Shown here piece after piece: positions 8,917 through 18,656 of a stretch of DNA of 61,374 nucleotides (its first letter is position 1; every line of letters starts with the position of its first letter). Origin of the DNA: Bacteroidales bacterium (GTDB taxonomy: Bacteria > Bacteroidota > Bacteroidia > Bacteroidales > B18-G4); assembly GCA_036351275.1 (NCBI GenBank), contig JAZBOU010000125.1:1-61374 (forward strand), in the 5' to 3' direction. The translations under genes and the position numbers were made by a program. The notes beneath the pieces are model-generated. The model worked only from the letters and a program-made list of their open reading frames with translations. It did no database searches and was not told where the DNA came from.

Positions 8917-10038
8917 ATGAAATATTATATCATAGCAGGAGAAGCTTCGGGCGACCTTCACGCTTCTAACCTGATGAAAGGATTAAAGGAACAGGATGCA
9001 GAAGCGAGCTTCCGTTTCTGGGGGGGCGACCTGATGCAGGAAGCCGGGGGAGTGCTGGTGAAGCATTACCGCGACCTTGCTTTTATGGGGTTTGCAGAGG
9101 TGCTGCTGAATCTCAGGACCATCCTCCGCAATATGAAATTCTGCCGTGAGGATATCCTCGGGTACAAACCGGATGTGCTGGTCTTGATCGATTATCCGGG
9201 CTTCAACCTGCGCATTGCCAGATGGGCAGCGAAGCAGGGGATCAGGGTGTTTTACTATATCTCACCGCAGGTATGGGCGTGGAAACGTTCACGTGTGCAC
9301 AAGATCAAGAAGTACGTTGAACGCATGTACGTGATCCTGCCCTTTGAGAAAGAATTTTATGCCGCATACGATTATGAAGTTGACTTTGTAGGCCATCCGC
9401 TGCTGGATGCGATAAAACCCGGCACATCCGGCGATGCATTACTCAGGAAGGAGCTGGGCATCAGCACTGACCCTGTTATTGCAGTGCTGCCCGGAAGCCG
9501 TAAACAGGAGATCAGGAAAATGCTTCCTGTCATGCTGGAGATGACCAAACGCTTCCCGGGATATCATTTCCTGGTTGCAGGTGCATCTTCGCTGCCCGAT
9601 GAGGTTTATGCTGAAGCAATAGCATACGAAAGGGTCAGCCTGCTGAAAGGAAAGATGCATGAGATCCTTCAACTGGCCGATGCAGCCATGGTAACATCCG
9701 GAACGGCGACACTGGAAACGGCCCTGTTCAGGGTACCGGAGGTGGTTTGTTATAAGGGTGGATGGATATCATACCAGATCGCCAGGCGGCTGGTCAGACA
9801 TATTCAGTATATTTCACTGGTCAACCTGATCATGGATCGGGAAGTTGTTAAAGAACTGATCCAGGGAGATTTTAATACACGCCTGCTGGCGGAAGAACTG
9901 AAACGTTTGACCTCCAATCCAGCCTACCGCGACAAAATGTTTGCCGACCTCGATGCCCTCCGTAAAAAACTTGGCGGGCCCGGAGCGTCGGAAACCGCTG
10001 CCCGCCTGATGTACCAGAGGCTGGTGAATAACGAATAA
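8917..10038 (+). CDS. lpxB: Lipid-A-disaccharide synthase
   Basis: It has the YIIAGEASGDLHASNLM N-terminus, an ISPQVWAW block and a TSGTATLE block. Confidence 0.92.
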   Translation: MKYYIIAGEASGDLHASNLMKGLKEQDAEASFRFWGGDLMQEAGGVLVKHYRDLAFMGFAEVLLNLRTILRNMKFCREDILGYKPDVLVLIDYPGFNLRIARWAAKQGIRVFYYISPQVWAWKRSRVHKIKKYVERMYVILPFEKEFYAAYDYEVDFVGHPLLDAIKPGTSGDALLRKELGISTDPVIAVLPGSRKQEIRKMLPVMLEMTKRFPGYHFLVAGASSLPDEVYAEAIAYERVSLLKGKMHEILQLADAAMVTSGTATLETALFRVPEVVCYKGGWISYQIARRLVRHIQYISLVNLIMDREVVKELIQGDFNTRLLAEELKRLTSNPAYRDKMFADLDALRKKLGGPGASETAARLMYQRLVNNE

Positions 10039-10155
10039 AGAACATGGAAGTAGAATAACATCTTCATCTGCTCCACCACCCAATTTTTTAGTGTGACATT
10101 TCCCGATTTTAGGTATTAATAGGTACAAGCAATTATATCTGTTAAACAAGAACTG

Positions 10156-12273
10156 ATGTGGAGCCGCGTACCCTTACTAAGGTTGCTGTTACCCTTTGCT
10201 GCCGGGCTATTGTCCCCGGCCTGTATTTATTTGCAAGGGGGAATCATCCAGATTTGTATACTGGCATTTCCTGTGCTGGCCGGAGGACTCTTTTACCGCT
10301 ACCTCTATGGATACCGCAGTCGCTGGCTTCACGGCTTGTTCATCATACTGTTCATGTTTGCCTGTGGCCAGTATCTTGCATGGAAAGTAAATGCCCGGCA
10401 GGATCGACAACTGAGTGCCGTCAGTGAAAGCGAACAGATGTATTTAGTGCAGCTCGATGAAGCCTTCGAAATACGTGAGCGCTCCTTCAGGGCAAAAGCC
10501 GATGTGCTGGCATGCCTTGAAGGGGATTCATGTACCCGGGTCGATGCAGGTTTGATGCTGTACGCTGAACCTGATCCCTCACTTGCCGGTGTTCTCCCCG
10601 GAGGCCTGATGCTTATCCGGGCCGGGTTGCAGGTAGTTAAACCTCCGGCGAATCCCGATGAATTTGATTACAGGAAATACCTTGCCCGAAAGGGAATATT
10701 TCACAGTGTGTACCTGTCGACAGATGAATGGAAAATACTGGGTACCCCGCCACAAATGTCATTGTTCATGCATGCCGAACGGTTCAGGCTAAAGCTACTG
10801 GATAAATTGAAAGCGAACGGTATCCTGGGAAAGCATTTCGGTATCGCTTCGGCACTTTTGCTTGGCGAAGACAGCCACCTGGATGCCGGCACCAGGGATG
10901 TATACGCCAGGGCAGGGGCCATGCATATTCTGTGTGTTTCCGGTTTGCATGTTGGTGTGATCTTCCTGGTGCTGAACACATTGCTGGGATTTTTGAAAAG
11001 ATCTAGTTTGGGACGATGCCTTCTCCCTCCGGTCCTGATGGCCAGCATATGGTCATACGCGCTGCTTACGGGTATGGCCCCTCCCGTGAGCAGGGCCTCC
11101 TGTATGATCAGCTTTTTTATTATCGGTAATATGATGGGGCGGCATAAAAATGCGTACAATACGCTTGCAGCCTCGGCGATGCTTTTGCTCATGCTGGATC
11201 CACGGTTGCTATACGGTGCCGGCTTTCAGCTTTCGTATTCGGCGGTACTGGGGATCATTTCGCTTCAAAGGCCACTGGAAAACCTGTTCTGTTTTCGTTA
11301 CAAACTGATCGACAGGATCTGGTCCATCACTACAGTTTCCATTGCTGCCCAGGTCGGGACACTCCCGGTGGTACTGTATTATTTCCACCAGTTCCCGCTT
11401 TACGGACTGATCACGAACCTGATCGTGATACCATTGTCGTCCATTATCATCTATTCAGGCATACTGCTACTGATCCTTCCGGTGTCGATGGCATCAGCAT
11501 GGGTGGCAGAGGCATTCAAGATGCTCCTGCGTACCATGGATGCCGGGGTAAACCTGGTTGAGAGCATACCGTTTGGCATGGCAGAAGAGATCATGATCGA
11601 CCTACCGGCAGCCATACTGCTGGCCCTTTTGATATGCTGCATCTCGGCCTTTCTGATCAGTAAAAAAAACATTTTTCTGATCATGGGGGTATTGTGCCTG
11701 CTGCTGCTATCCCTGAACAGCTTGCAAACAAAATACTTAAAACTTACCCGGCGGTCATTTGTAGTGTATTCCGTCAGGGGTCACTCTGCATACGACTGCA
11801 TCAATGGCACCACGCATCATTTTTATGCAGATTCCCTGCTCCTGCACTCGCCGGATAAAGTTGATTACAGCATCAGGCCACACTGGCTGGCCATAGGACT
11901 AAAAAGAAGCTTTATCGATACACTCAATGCTCAAATGGATCATGCAGCATGGACAATGCCGAATGGACAATGCCAGCATATTATATTCTGGACAGGTGCC
12001 TTTCCACATTGCTCACCCCCTGTTAAAAAGCCGGCTCCGGCATATCTGATCCTGCGGGGGAAATGCCCTTTTAACATTGAACAGCTGTTTGACTGGTTCG
12101 ATCCCGGCCTGGTGATCATCGATTCCTCCGTCCCGCCATGGGTAAAAGCCCCCGAAGGAGATAAGAGGTTTTGGGATGTAAGGGAAAAAGGAGCCTATCT
12201 GAGTTCCGGGTGCCGACCTGCCTGCCCGCCACAGGCGGGTAAACCGGCAGGCAGGGTGCCGAGTGATGAGTGA
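10156..12273 (+). CDS. comEC: ComEC/Rec2-family competence membrane protein
   Basis: 705 aa and polytopic, with the central competence-domain block RAGAMHILCVSGLHVG..FQLSY. The last ~25 codons read through a GC hairpin and a heptamer repeat, so the conserved protein probably ends earlier in functional terms. Confidence 0.8.
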   Translation: MWSRVPLLRLLLPFAAGLLSPACIYLQGGIIQICILAFPVLAGGLFYRYLYGYRSRWLHGLFIILFMFACGQYLAWKVNARQDRQLSAVSESEQMYLVQLDEAFEIRERSFRAKADVLACLEGDSCTRVDAGLMLYAEPDPSLAGVLPGGLMLIRAGLQVVKPPANPDEFDYRKYLARKGIFHSVYLSTDEWKILGTPPQMSLFMHAERFRLKLLDKLKANGILGKHFGIASALLLGEDSHLDAGTRDVYARAGAMHILCVSGLHVGVIFLVLNTLLGFLKRSSLGRCLLPPVLMASIWSYALLTGMAPPVSRASCMISFFIIGNMMGRHKNAYNTLAASAMLLLMLDPRLLYGAGFQLSYSAVLGIISLQRPLENLFCFRYKLIDRIWSITTVSIAAQVGTLPVVLYYFHQFPLYGLITNLIVIPLSSIIIYSGILLLILPVSMASAWVAEAFKMLLRTMDAGVNLVESIPFGMAEEIMIDLPAAILLALLICCISAFLISKKNIFLIMGVLCLLLLSLNSLQTKYLKLTRRSFVVYSVRGHSAYDCINGTTHHFYADSLLLHSPDKVDYSIRPHWLAIGLKRSFIDTLNAQMDHAAWTMPNGQCQHIIFWTGAFPHCSPPVKKPAPAYLILRGKCPFNIEQLFDWFDPGLVIIDSSVPPWVKAPEGDKRFWDVREKGAYLSSGCRPACPPQAGKPAGRVPSDE
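12217..12255. terminator. GC-rich compound hairpin (CCTGCCTGCC..GGCAGGCAGG, with a nested CGCC-acag-GCGG)
   Basis: 10-bp perfect inverted repeat with a nested 4-bp stem. It lies at the 3' end of comEC in a convergent junction. There is no clean T-run. Confidence 0.4.
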
Positions 12274-12280
12274 TGAGTGT
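12261..12280. repeat. Heptamer array (GAGTGAT)x2 plus a degenerate unit
   Basis: Direct reading. It contains the comEC stop codon. Confidence 0.8.
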
Positions 12281-12308
12281 CGGACAATTAATGGAACCTG
12301 GATTATGA

Positions 12309-12343
12309 AGTCTCAAGTCTCAAGTTTCGAGTTTCGAGTCTCA
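12309..12343. repeat. Heptamer array AGTCTCA x2, AGTTTCG x2, AGTCTCA x1
   Basis: Direct reading of five 7-nt units in the convergent gap. Confidence 0.9.
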
Positions 12344-12354
12344 ATTATCAAACA

Positions 12355-14223
12355 CTACGCGGTCCTGAAATCGAGGATCCTGCCTCTGTTCCTGCGTTTA
12401 GCAGGGTAACGGAGGGCATAAAAAAGTCTTACATAATACGACAGAAGTTCCTTCAGTTCCCTTCTTTTTACGAGGTGCTGGATCTTGTCGGTCTCATAAA
12501 GTTTGTTTGTGGTGATGATTTCGCGGTCGACGCTGAATCCGCCGCCCATAACAACACGCGGTCCGGCAAACTCAACCAGGGCACCTTCTTCCCCGATGAT
12601 GATATCACCCTGGGTCACATAGCTGGCGTAGGCGCCACCTGTGGTAGGACCTGTGATGATGGAAAGGTATAGCAATCCTTCGTTCTTCAGGTCGAGCAGG
12701 GCCATATTCATCTTTGCCATCTGCGCCAGCGACATGGGGCCTTCATTCATACGGGCCCCGCCGGAGGAACAAACCGAAATAAATGGTTGCTTATGTTCAA
12801 CGGCGTAGTCAACGGCTCGTTTGAACTTCTCTCCGAATACGGCACCGAAGGATCCGCCGAAAAAACGCAGATCGGAGATCACCAGCACAATGTCCTTCCC
12901 GTTGATACGGGCAGTGCCGGTAACCAGTCCTTCGTTGGAAAACGATTTTTCCTTTGTTTTTTCAAGGTTATCCTTATAGCTTCCGAAATTATAGAAATCG
13001 CCATTCAGCATCTTTTTAAACGAAAGGTCGCCTTCTATCTCCTTGAAGGTGTTTTTGTCGCAAATTTTCTCAATTTGCTCCTCAACACTCAGGTATTCCC
13101 CTTTACCGCATTTCGGACAAGCATAGAAATTATCGACGTATTCCTGCTTGGAAATAAAACCGCAACCACCCGCTACGCGGAAGAGGTTTTTATCCGGGTC
13201 CCATTGCTTTTCACAATTTACCAATTCGGTGTCTTCAATGCCTACTTTTTCCAGGTGGGCCTTGATCAGATGCATGATCTCAAAGTCTTCCTGCTCCAGG
13301 TCAATGGTCTTAACTTTTTCCGGAAACTTACGTTTGGTCCTGCGTTTGGCCAGTTTATCGAGGTTATCAATGAATTCGCCGTAATGCAGCACTTTTTCCC
13401 GCCGTTTTTCTTTCAGTTTTTTGATCGTGGAAGGCTTAACTGATTTTTTTTCTTTACGCGATTTCGAGATCCATTCCTGCAGGGTTTTAGTAAGTGCTTT
13501 TTTAATCACTTCTGCCGTGAAGTCATAGTCGGTATGGGCCCCTTTTTCCGGTTCCGGCAGAACATCGTCTATCATACCGATCCGCTGCAGGTGTTCAACA
13601 CCGGGGCGCAGGATGTTCAGCGCATCAGGCAACACCTCTTCAATATCTTCACCGGCTGACAGCCTGCGGTGGAAGATGATCCGGCAGCAGCTTTCAGGTG
13701 CGATAACGGAGTATATGGCATTTTCGAGCATGAAGGCCTTATCGGCTACCTGTTGTGCCAGGGCTCCGCCACTTCCGCCTTCACCAATTACAAAACTGAC
13801 CGTAGGCGTGTTGGCATCGCAAAAGCGGCTGATGGAGTCAGATATCAGGAAAGACTGACCTCCCATCTCAGAATCCATGCTGGGGTCACCTCCGTATGTA
13901 TCAATGAAAGAAACCACCGGTATCTTATCCCTTTCGGCCTGGGCCAGCATTTCCAGTCCGAAGCCAAAACCTTCGGGTTTCACCATGCCGGTAGCCTTGC
14001 TTTTTTTCCCTTTCCGGGGCTTTTCCTGTCCTAAAATAATGCATGGGATCCCATTTACGGAACCCCTGGCTGCTATGAGGGAAGGATCAGGCGATCCGTA
14101 ATAATCGATGTTGTCAAATACCCGCTCGATCACATCCGAACTGCGGATGCGCCTGGGGTGGCGTACGAGGTCATATCGTTCTTTATAGCTTAGTATAGGT
14201 GCTTGGTCCTTCTTTTTAGGCAT
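12355..14223 (-). CDS. Fused acetyl-CoA carboxylase carboxyltransferase, alpha (AccA)-then-beta (AccD) order
   Basis: The N-terminal half carries AccA blocks (RHPRR, PEGFGFGLEMLAQAERDKIPVVSFIDTYGG, VIGEGGSGGALA, PEPEKGAH). The C-terminal half carries AccD blocks (ACPKCGKGEY, GLVTGTARINGKDIVL, FFGGSFG, SSGGARMNEG, TGPTTGG, FAGPRV). A Lys/Glu-rich linker of about 100 aa joins them. Confidence 0.85.
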   Translation of the reverse strand: MPKKKDQAPILSYKERYDLVRHPRRIRSSDVIERVFDNIDYYGSPDPSLIAARGSVNGIPCIILGQEKPRKGKKSKATGMVKPEGFGFGLEMLAQAERDKIPVVSFIDTYGGDPSMDSEMGGQSFLISDSISRFCDANTPTVSFVIGEGGSGGALAQQVADKAFMLENAIYSVIAPESCCRIIFHRRLSAGEDIEEVLPDALNILRPGVEHLQRIGMIDDVLPEPEKGAHTDYDFTAEVIKKALTKTLQEWISKSRKEKKSVKPSTIKKLKEKRREKVLHYGEFIDNLDKLAKRRTKRKFPEKVKTIDLEQEDFEIMHLIKAHLEKVGIEDTELVNCEKQWDPDKNLFRVAGGCGFISKQEYVDNFYACPKCGKGEYLSVEEQIEKICDKNTFKEIEGDLSFKKMLNGDFYNFGSYKDNLEKTKEKSFSNEGLVTGTARINGKDIVLVISDLRFFGGSFGAVFGEKFKRAVDYAVEHKQPFISVCSSGGARMNEGPMSLAQMAKMNMALLDLKNEGLLYLSIITGPTTGGAYASYVTQGDIIIGEEGALVEFAGPRVVMGGGFSVDREIITTNKLYETDKIQHLVKRRELKELLSYYVRLFYALRYPAKRRNRGRILDFRTA

Positions 14224-14455
14224 GAGCGAACGTTTAGTTTTTCAAATTGATAAGATTTGAGGTCATAAAGGTAGAAAACTTTACATATGTTTAAAAATTT
14301 ATGATCAAGGCTCAGGATTTTTATCGGGCCGTAATAATTGTTAAATATTAAGTTTAACCAACCAATTATAAACTGGCAGACGCCAAAAGTAAACCAGTTT
14401 GAGTCTATAGAAAAATGGAATTGAATAAAGCAGTGTGAATGGTATTAAATTTATT

Positions 14456-14463
14456 TATATTTG
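14456..14463 (+). promoter_or_regulatory. -7 promoter box TAtaTTTG
   Basis: TAnnTTTG match 40 nt upstream of the ATG at 14504, in an AT-rich 280-bp intergenic region. Confidence 0.5.
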
Positions 14464-14503
14464 CACAAACTAATAAATCTACTAAACAAATAAAGCAATC
14501 ACA

Positions 14504-16441
14504 ATGAAAAAATTACTACTCTTAGGATTGGCTTTCGGGATCATGCTCAGCGCATACCCCCAGAAGGTGTACAAATCCAACAAAGAATTAAAAAAGAACA
14601 ACACTGAAAGAAGGACCGACGCTTCATTTTACAAAACAGGAAGCGAATTCCAGCCGAATGCCGTACAGCTGAAGGAAGGAACATCAGCAATGGTTGACCG
14701 TGTTGAGATGGGTAAATCAGGCAATGTTTATTCAGTACTGACTTCCTACCAGCGCTGCCTGGCCTACGAACCTATTACAGGTACACTGCAGGGAACGCAC
14801 AGGGCTGACCCAGCCACTTATCCGGCCGCTCTGGCTTCCGGAACGATCATGGCGCACATGTCGACTGACATGGGACAGAACTGGAACCACGTAATGGTCC
14901 TGAACCCAGACCCGGATGTTTATGCCCTGAGGTATCCCTCTGGTGTTGCTTACCTGCACGAAGGCATGGGAACCTACGACGATCTTTACCCTGTCGTATG
15001 TGGTCCTTCACATACCGGCGGTACATGGAACTACACTTATTACGGCTCTGCCAAGGTGGATGAAACCAATGGAGATGTTTACTACTATCCATGGTCAGCT
15101 ACCGGTAACGACTGGGGACGCTCAAGCATGACTATCGTACCCGGTGCCGTATACAATTTCGGACAGGACTACACCAGCGTGGGTAACCTTGGTGTTAACC
15201 AGACCATGAAGCAATATATTGGTACAACCGAAGATCCCGCAACAGGCTTTGAATGGGAAATTAACGAATTCACCCCCGACTGGGTGATCGACCCGGCCGA
15301 CGGTCACGCTGTTGCCCTCTATACAACATGGTCAGCATGGTCGCTCGACGGATCCATCGGTTACATGTGGATGATCGGTGCCACCAACGAAACTTACGAC
15401 TATGGTGTATACCAGCCACAGCTGGCGTATACTACCGACGGCGGTGAAAACTGGGACGAACTGTATATCGACCTCGAAGACCACCCGGCCCTCGTAGAAT
15501 ATCTCCCGCCATGGCAAGATGCAGCCGGTAACCCCGGTACGGTGCGTCCTACATTCCTTACTGGCGACAGGACCTACCCCGGTGTTGTAGACTATGAAGG
15601 TAAACTGCACCTTTTCTCAAACGTTTTTGGTTCCTCAGCCGGTGACGTATTGGATCCGGATAATGGTTACTGGATCGTGAACGGACTGGCAGGTGGTCAC
15701 ATTTTTGACTTTATCATTGACCAGGATGGTCTCGTCGATGTTATCTTCGTTGACTCCGTACTGACTGATGTTGCCCCTGACAATGCCTTTGGCGATGTAA
15801 CCTGGGACCACAGGTTACAGGCTTCCAAATCAGTTGATGAGCAGGCCGTATTCTGCGTATGGGCTGACGACTTTACAGGTCCCGAACCCGCTGAAGTCCT
15901 CAATCCTGACATCAAAGGATGGGGATATGCTGCCATGGACCAGACTCCAATGGGAGAACCGGTAAACTTTACCCAGGATGACCTGTTTTCAGGTTTCTAT
16001 TTCTTCCACTATGTATCAGAGCTGACACCCAAGATCGGTGACTTTTATGAAATCCCGGTCTCAACATCGGTTACCATTACCGAGTTCCAGGGCAATGATG
16101 CAGGTGCTCCGATCACCCACACCTATGTTGGTGGAATTGGATTCACCTATGTTGGCGTAGATGACAATGTTGCCGATGACGCACAAACACTCAGCGTTTC
16201 ACAGAATATCCCGAACCCGGCTGTTAACAGCACCGTGATCGAGATCAGCAGCGAAACAGTTGCACCCGCAAGGGTTGAAGTTACCAATATGGTTGGCCAG
16301 ACTGTTTACTCAGCTGATGCCGGTATTGTTAACGGAAGCAAGAAAGTGACTATCGACGTGAGTAGCTTCGATTCAGGTGTATATTTCTACACTGTAACGG
16401 TTGGAAGCGAACGCGTATCGAACAAAATGATCGTGAAGTAA
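14504..16441 (+). CDS. Secreted Asp-box (BNR)-containing protein with T9SS C-terminal sorting domain
   Basis: It has a signal peptide, Asp-box motifs STDMGQNW and TTDGGENW, and a C-terminal ~80 aa (SQNIPNPAVNSTVIEIS..GVYFYTVTVGSERVSNKMIVK) that matches the type-A Por secretion tail. Confidence 0.75.
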   Translation: MKKLLLLGLAFGIMLSAYPQKVYKSNKELKKNNTERRTDASFYKTGSEFQPNAVQLKEGTSAMVDRVEMGKSGNVYSVLTSYQRCLAYEPITGTLQGTHRADPATYPAALASGTIMAHMSTDMGQNWNHVMVLNPDPDVYALRYPSGVAYLHEGMGTYDDLYPVVCGPSHTGGTWNYTYYGSAKVDETNGDVYYYPWSATGNDWGRSSMTIVPGAVYNFGQDYTSVGNLGVNQTMKQYIGTTEDPATGFEWEINEFTPDWVIDPADGHAVALYTTWSAWSLDGSIGYMWMIGATNETYDYGVYQPQLAYTTDGGENWDELYIDLEDHPALVEYLPPWQDAAGNPGTVRPTFLTGDRTYPGVVDYEGKLHLFSNVFGSSAGDVLDPDNGYWIVNGLAGGHIFDFIIDQDGLVDVIFVDSVLTDVAPDNAFGDVTWDHRLQASKSVDEQAVFCVWADDFTGPEPAEVLNPDIKGWGYAAMDQTPMGEPVNFTQDDLFSGFYFFHYVSELTPKIGDFYEIPVSTSVTITEFQGNDAGAPITHTYVGGIGFTYVGVDDNVADDAQTLSVSQNIPNPAVNSTVIEISSETVAPARVEVTNMVGQTVYSADAGIVNGSKKVTIDVSSFDSGVYFYTVTVGSERVSNKMIVK

Positions 16442-16470
16442 TCTGATTATTTCACTTCCAAAATAGAAAA

Positions 16471-16497
16471 GGCTGTCCCGAACGGGCAGCCTTTTTT
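16471..16497 (+). terminator. Rho-independent terminator
   Basis: GGCTGTCCC-gaac-GGGCAGCC hairpin followed by TTTTTT, 30 nt after the stop at 16441. Confidence 0.75.
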
Positions 16498-16556
16498 GTT
16501 GTCCGCTGGAGTTCATATCCCGAGCTTGCTGAGGGGCTTCGGTTCTGTATGCTGTG

Positions 16557-16625
16557 TTTGAAATCTGAAATGTGTTTTTCGATGCTCAATTTTCGATGCC
16601 CGATGTTCGATGTTCGATGTTTCTA
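16557..16625. repeat. Heptamer array (TGAAATC/TGAAATG, then TTTCGAT/GCTCAAT/GCCCGAT/GTTCGAT units)
   Basis: Direct reading of a 7-nt period over about 9 units, with point variants. Confidence 0.85.
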
Positions 16626-16697
16626 CGGCTTGGAGCGGGATGAGAAAATACAGATATAAGAAGGGGATTGAAGAAGGTGATAGATGAAAGAAGAAGT

Positions 16698-16735
16698 AAA
16701 AAAGCCCTCGCGTCAATTGACGCGAGGGCTTTTTT
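16698..16735 (-). terminator. Bidirectional hairpin terminator downstream of tRNA-Asp
   Basis: AAAAAA-GCCCTCGCGTC-aatt-GACGCGAGGGC-TTTTTT. The stem is a perfect 11 bp, flanked by A- and T-runs. Confidence 0.8.
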
Positions 16736-16812
16736 GGCGGACTGGACGGGACTCGAACCCGCGACCTCCGGCGTGACAGGCCGGCATTCTAACCAAACTG
16801 AACTACCAGTCC
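16735..16812 (-). tRNA. tRNA-Asp (anticodon GTC), CCA encoded
   Basis: I folded the cloverleaf by hand. The acceptor is GGACTGG/CCAGTCC, the D arm GTTC..GAAT, the anticodon stem CCGGC/GCCGG with loop CTGTCAC, the T arm GCGGG-TTCGAGT-CCCGT, and the discriminator is G followed by CCA. Confidence 0.9.
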
Positions 16813-17035
16813 GTGCTCTTAATGAACGTTTCCTTACCGCCTTCGCCAAGGCTATTGCGGCTAAAAGGACTGCAAAAATACATACAAATTTCTATTCTGC
16901 AAAAAATATAATAGATTTTTGAAAAATATTATTATTCAGTGTATGTATATCATGCCCTGCAGGGATGCTTACACTTTTCCCGGTACTTGCAAACGCTACA
17001 AGATTTCATGCCAAATCGTTACATCGTCCGATCGC

Positions 17036-18655
17036 TCAATGCTCTTCGGATTCCATCCGAAAAACATACTCCGCCTCCGCCCGCAGCATCTCCTCTTCTG
17101 TCATATAGTAGCGCTTTGCCTTTTCTGATACATACTTGTACCACGCACGGTCGGAACGGATGTTTTGCATGAGCTGTTGAATGCGGTCATACTTCGCCAG
17201 GGCATGAGGGTGATCCTTTTCCAGGATATAGCGGGCTTCTGCCATCACCCGCTCTTCAAGCGGGATGCCTTTTGATGCCGCATCTTCTTCCAGGTCATGC
17301 AGCCAGTTTTCATTGTTCCTGATATCATTCATGATGGCCTCGGGGCCATAAGTGGAAAAATATGCTTCCGGTTTTTCCTGCCTGAACACATAATGGGCAT
17401 GGCGGTCGAGTACCCGGGCCAGCTCCTGTTTTTTCTGATCTGCTTCATCCACCAGCATACCAAACCAGGATGGATCGATAAGGATCTTCGTTTTGATGCG
17501 GATAAGTTCATCCCTGCTCTGTGGCAGCCCGTAAAAGCCCCAGAGGTCATCCACAAAACCCCTGTCGATCATATACAGGAAGCGTTCCGTGGCCATGTAC
17601 AAGATCACATCCTGTTTCTCCACCTCCCGGCGGATATCCAGGCTTGCAACCGGCTTATCACCGTAATATGAATCGGGATACACCTTTTTATAGAAATACC
17701 AGAAGGCCTCGTTGTTAAAGAGGTGCTTCGGGATGCGGGTATTGAAGATATTCCAGTAATAACTGTCGGCCACGGCAAGCACATTGGGTTTGCTGTGCGA
17801 GCTGTCCTCCACAAAGTGGAAATGCGGGTAGGGCATGGGCCCGTGCTCCAGCTCAAAGATGAGGTTCAGGGTGATGCCCTGGTCATAGTCGGTAGAACGC
17901 AGCTCATTGCTGTACACGATGCTGTCGATGACGACTTCCGGCAGGTCGATCCCTCTTATTTCCTCAATATAGGTGATCAGCGAGTCGGCGGCATACCACA
18001 TCGCAAACTCGCTCCAGTGTGTCCCCTGAGGCGGAAATACCGGGTATGATGAAGTGTCTTTGATCTTTTTGTACCATGCATTCAGGTCGATGAGGTTGAT
18101 GCCGAGTTCTGATGCCCTGCGGCTGACCACATCATAATTGCTCCTGCCTGATTCTGCTTTTACATATTCTTCAGGGATGTCCCCTTCGTATACAGAGGCT
18201 TTTCCCGGTTCCAGCACCAGCACCAGGTCGATATTGAAAACATCTTTCAGGTGCTTCTGGAGATACCTGAACCGCCTCAGCTTGAGGTCGATCAGTGCTT
18301 CACCCACAAAGTCCTTGCCCATCCAGGCCCTGATGTAATCGTACTCGAAGAGGTTGCCATCCTTACCCCTGATCACGCCGTCGGCATGTGGTTTATGAAA
18401 GAGGGAGTAATCCAGCTGGTTGTGCAGCCTGACCAGCCCGTTGTGGAAACCGATGTTCTCTTCCAGCCAGGGCTCGAAGCCTTCCTGGTAGCGGCCCGAG
18501 AACCAGGTCGAATCATTTAGTTCGGGTCTTGTTTTCGGAGTGAAATCACCATGGAGCTCCCGTTCAGGGAACCATCCGAACAGGCCCTGGGCTGCTGGCA
18601 GCAGCATGGCTGCCAGGATCAGGATGAAGGCGATATGTTTTATTCTCCCTGCCAT
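17036..18655 (-). CDS. AlgX/AlgJ-like (SGNH-type) polysaccharide O-acetylation accessory protein with a long helical C-terminal extension
   Basis: It has an N-terminal membrane anchor and a GTHWS motif similar to the AlgJ/AlgX D-x-HW block. It sits 1 nt downstream of the MBOAT gene. Confidence 0.45.
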   Translation of the reverse strand: MAGRIKHIAFILILAAMLLPAAQGLFGWFPERELHGDFTPKTRPELNDSTWFSGRYQEGFEPWLEENIGFHNGLVRLHNQLDYSLFHKPHADGVIRGKDGNLFEYDYIRAWMGKDFVGEALIDLKLRRFRYLQKHLKDVFNIDLVLVLEPGKASVYEGDIPEEYVKAESGRSNYDVVSRRASELGINLIDLNAWYKKIKDTSSYPVFPPQGTHWSEFAMWYAADSLITYIEEIRGIDLPEVVIDSIVYSNELRSTDYDQGITLNLIFELEHGPMPYPHFHFVEDSSHSKPNVLAVADSYYWNIFNTRIPKHLFNNEAFWYFYKKVYPDSYYGDKPVASLDIRREVEKQDVILYMATERFLYMIDRGFVDDLWGFYGLPQSRDELIRIKTKILIDPSWFGMLVDEADQKKQELARVLDRHAHYVFRQEKPEAYFSTYGPEAIMNDIRNNENWLHDLEEDAASKGIPLEERVMAEARYILEKDHPHALAKYDRIQQLMQNIRSDRAWYKYVSEKAKRYYMTEEEMLRAEAEYVFRMESEEH

Positions 18656-18656
18656 G

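Noticed and set aside
16668-16922. 84-aa plus-strand ORF and 87-aa minus-strand ORF across 16586..16922.
   Set aside because: They overlap the tRNA-Asp gene, its terminator hairpin and a heptamer array. Their sequence is just the translation of those elements.
16443-17035. tRNA-Asp as an integration site for a genomic island or mobile element.
   Set aside because: There is no integrase, transposase or direct repeat of the tRNA 3' end nearby. The flanking genes look like ordinary envelope genes.
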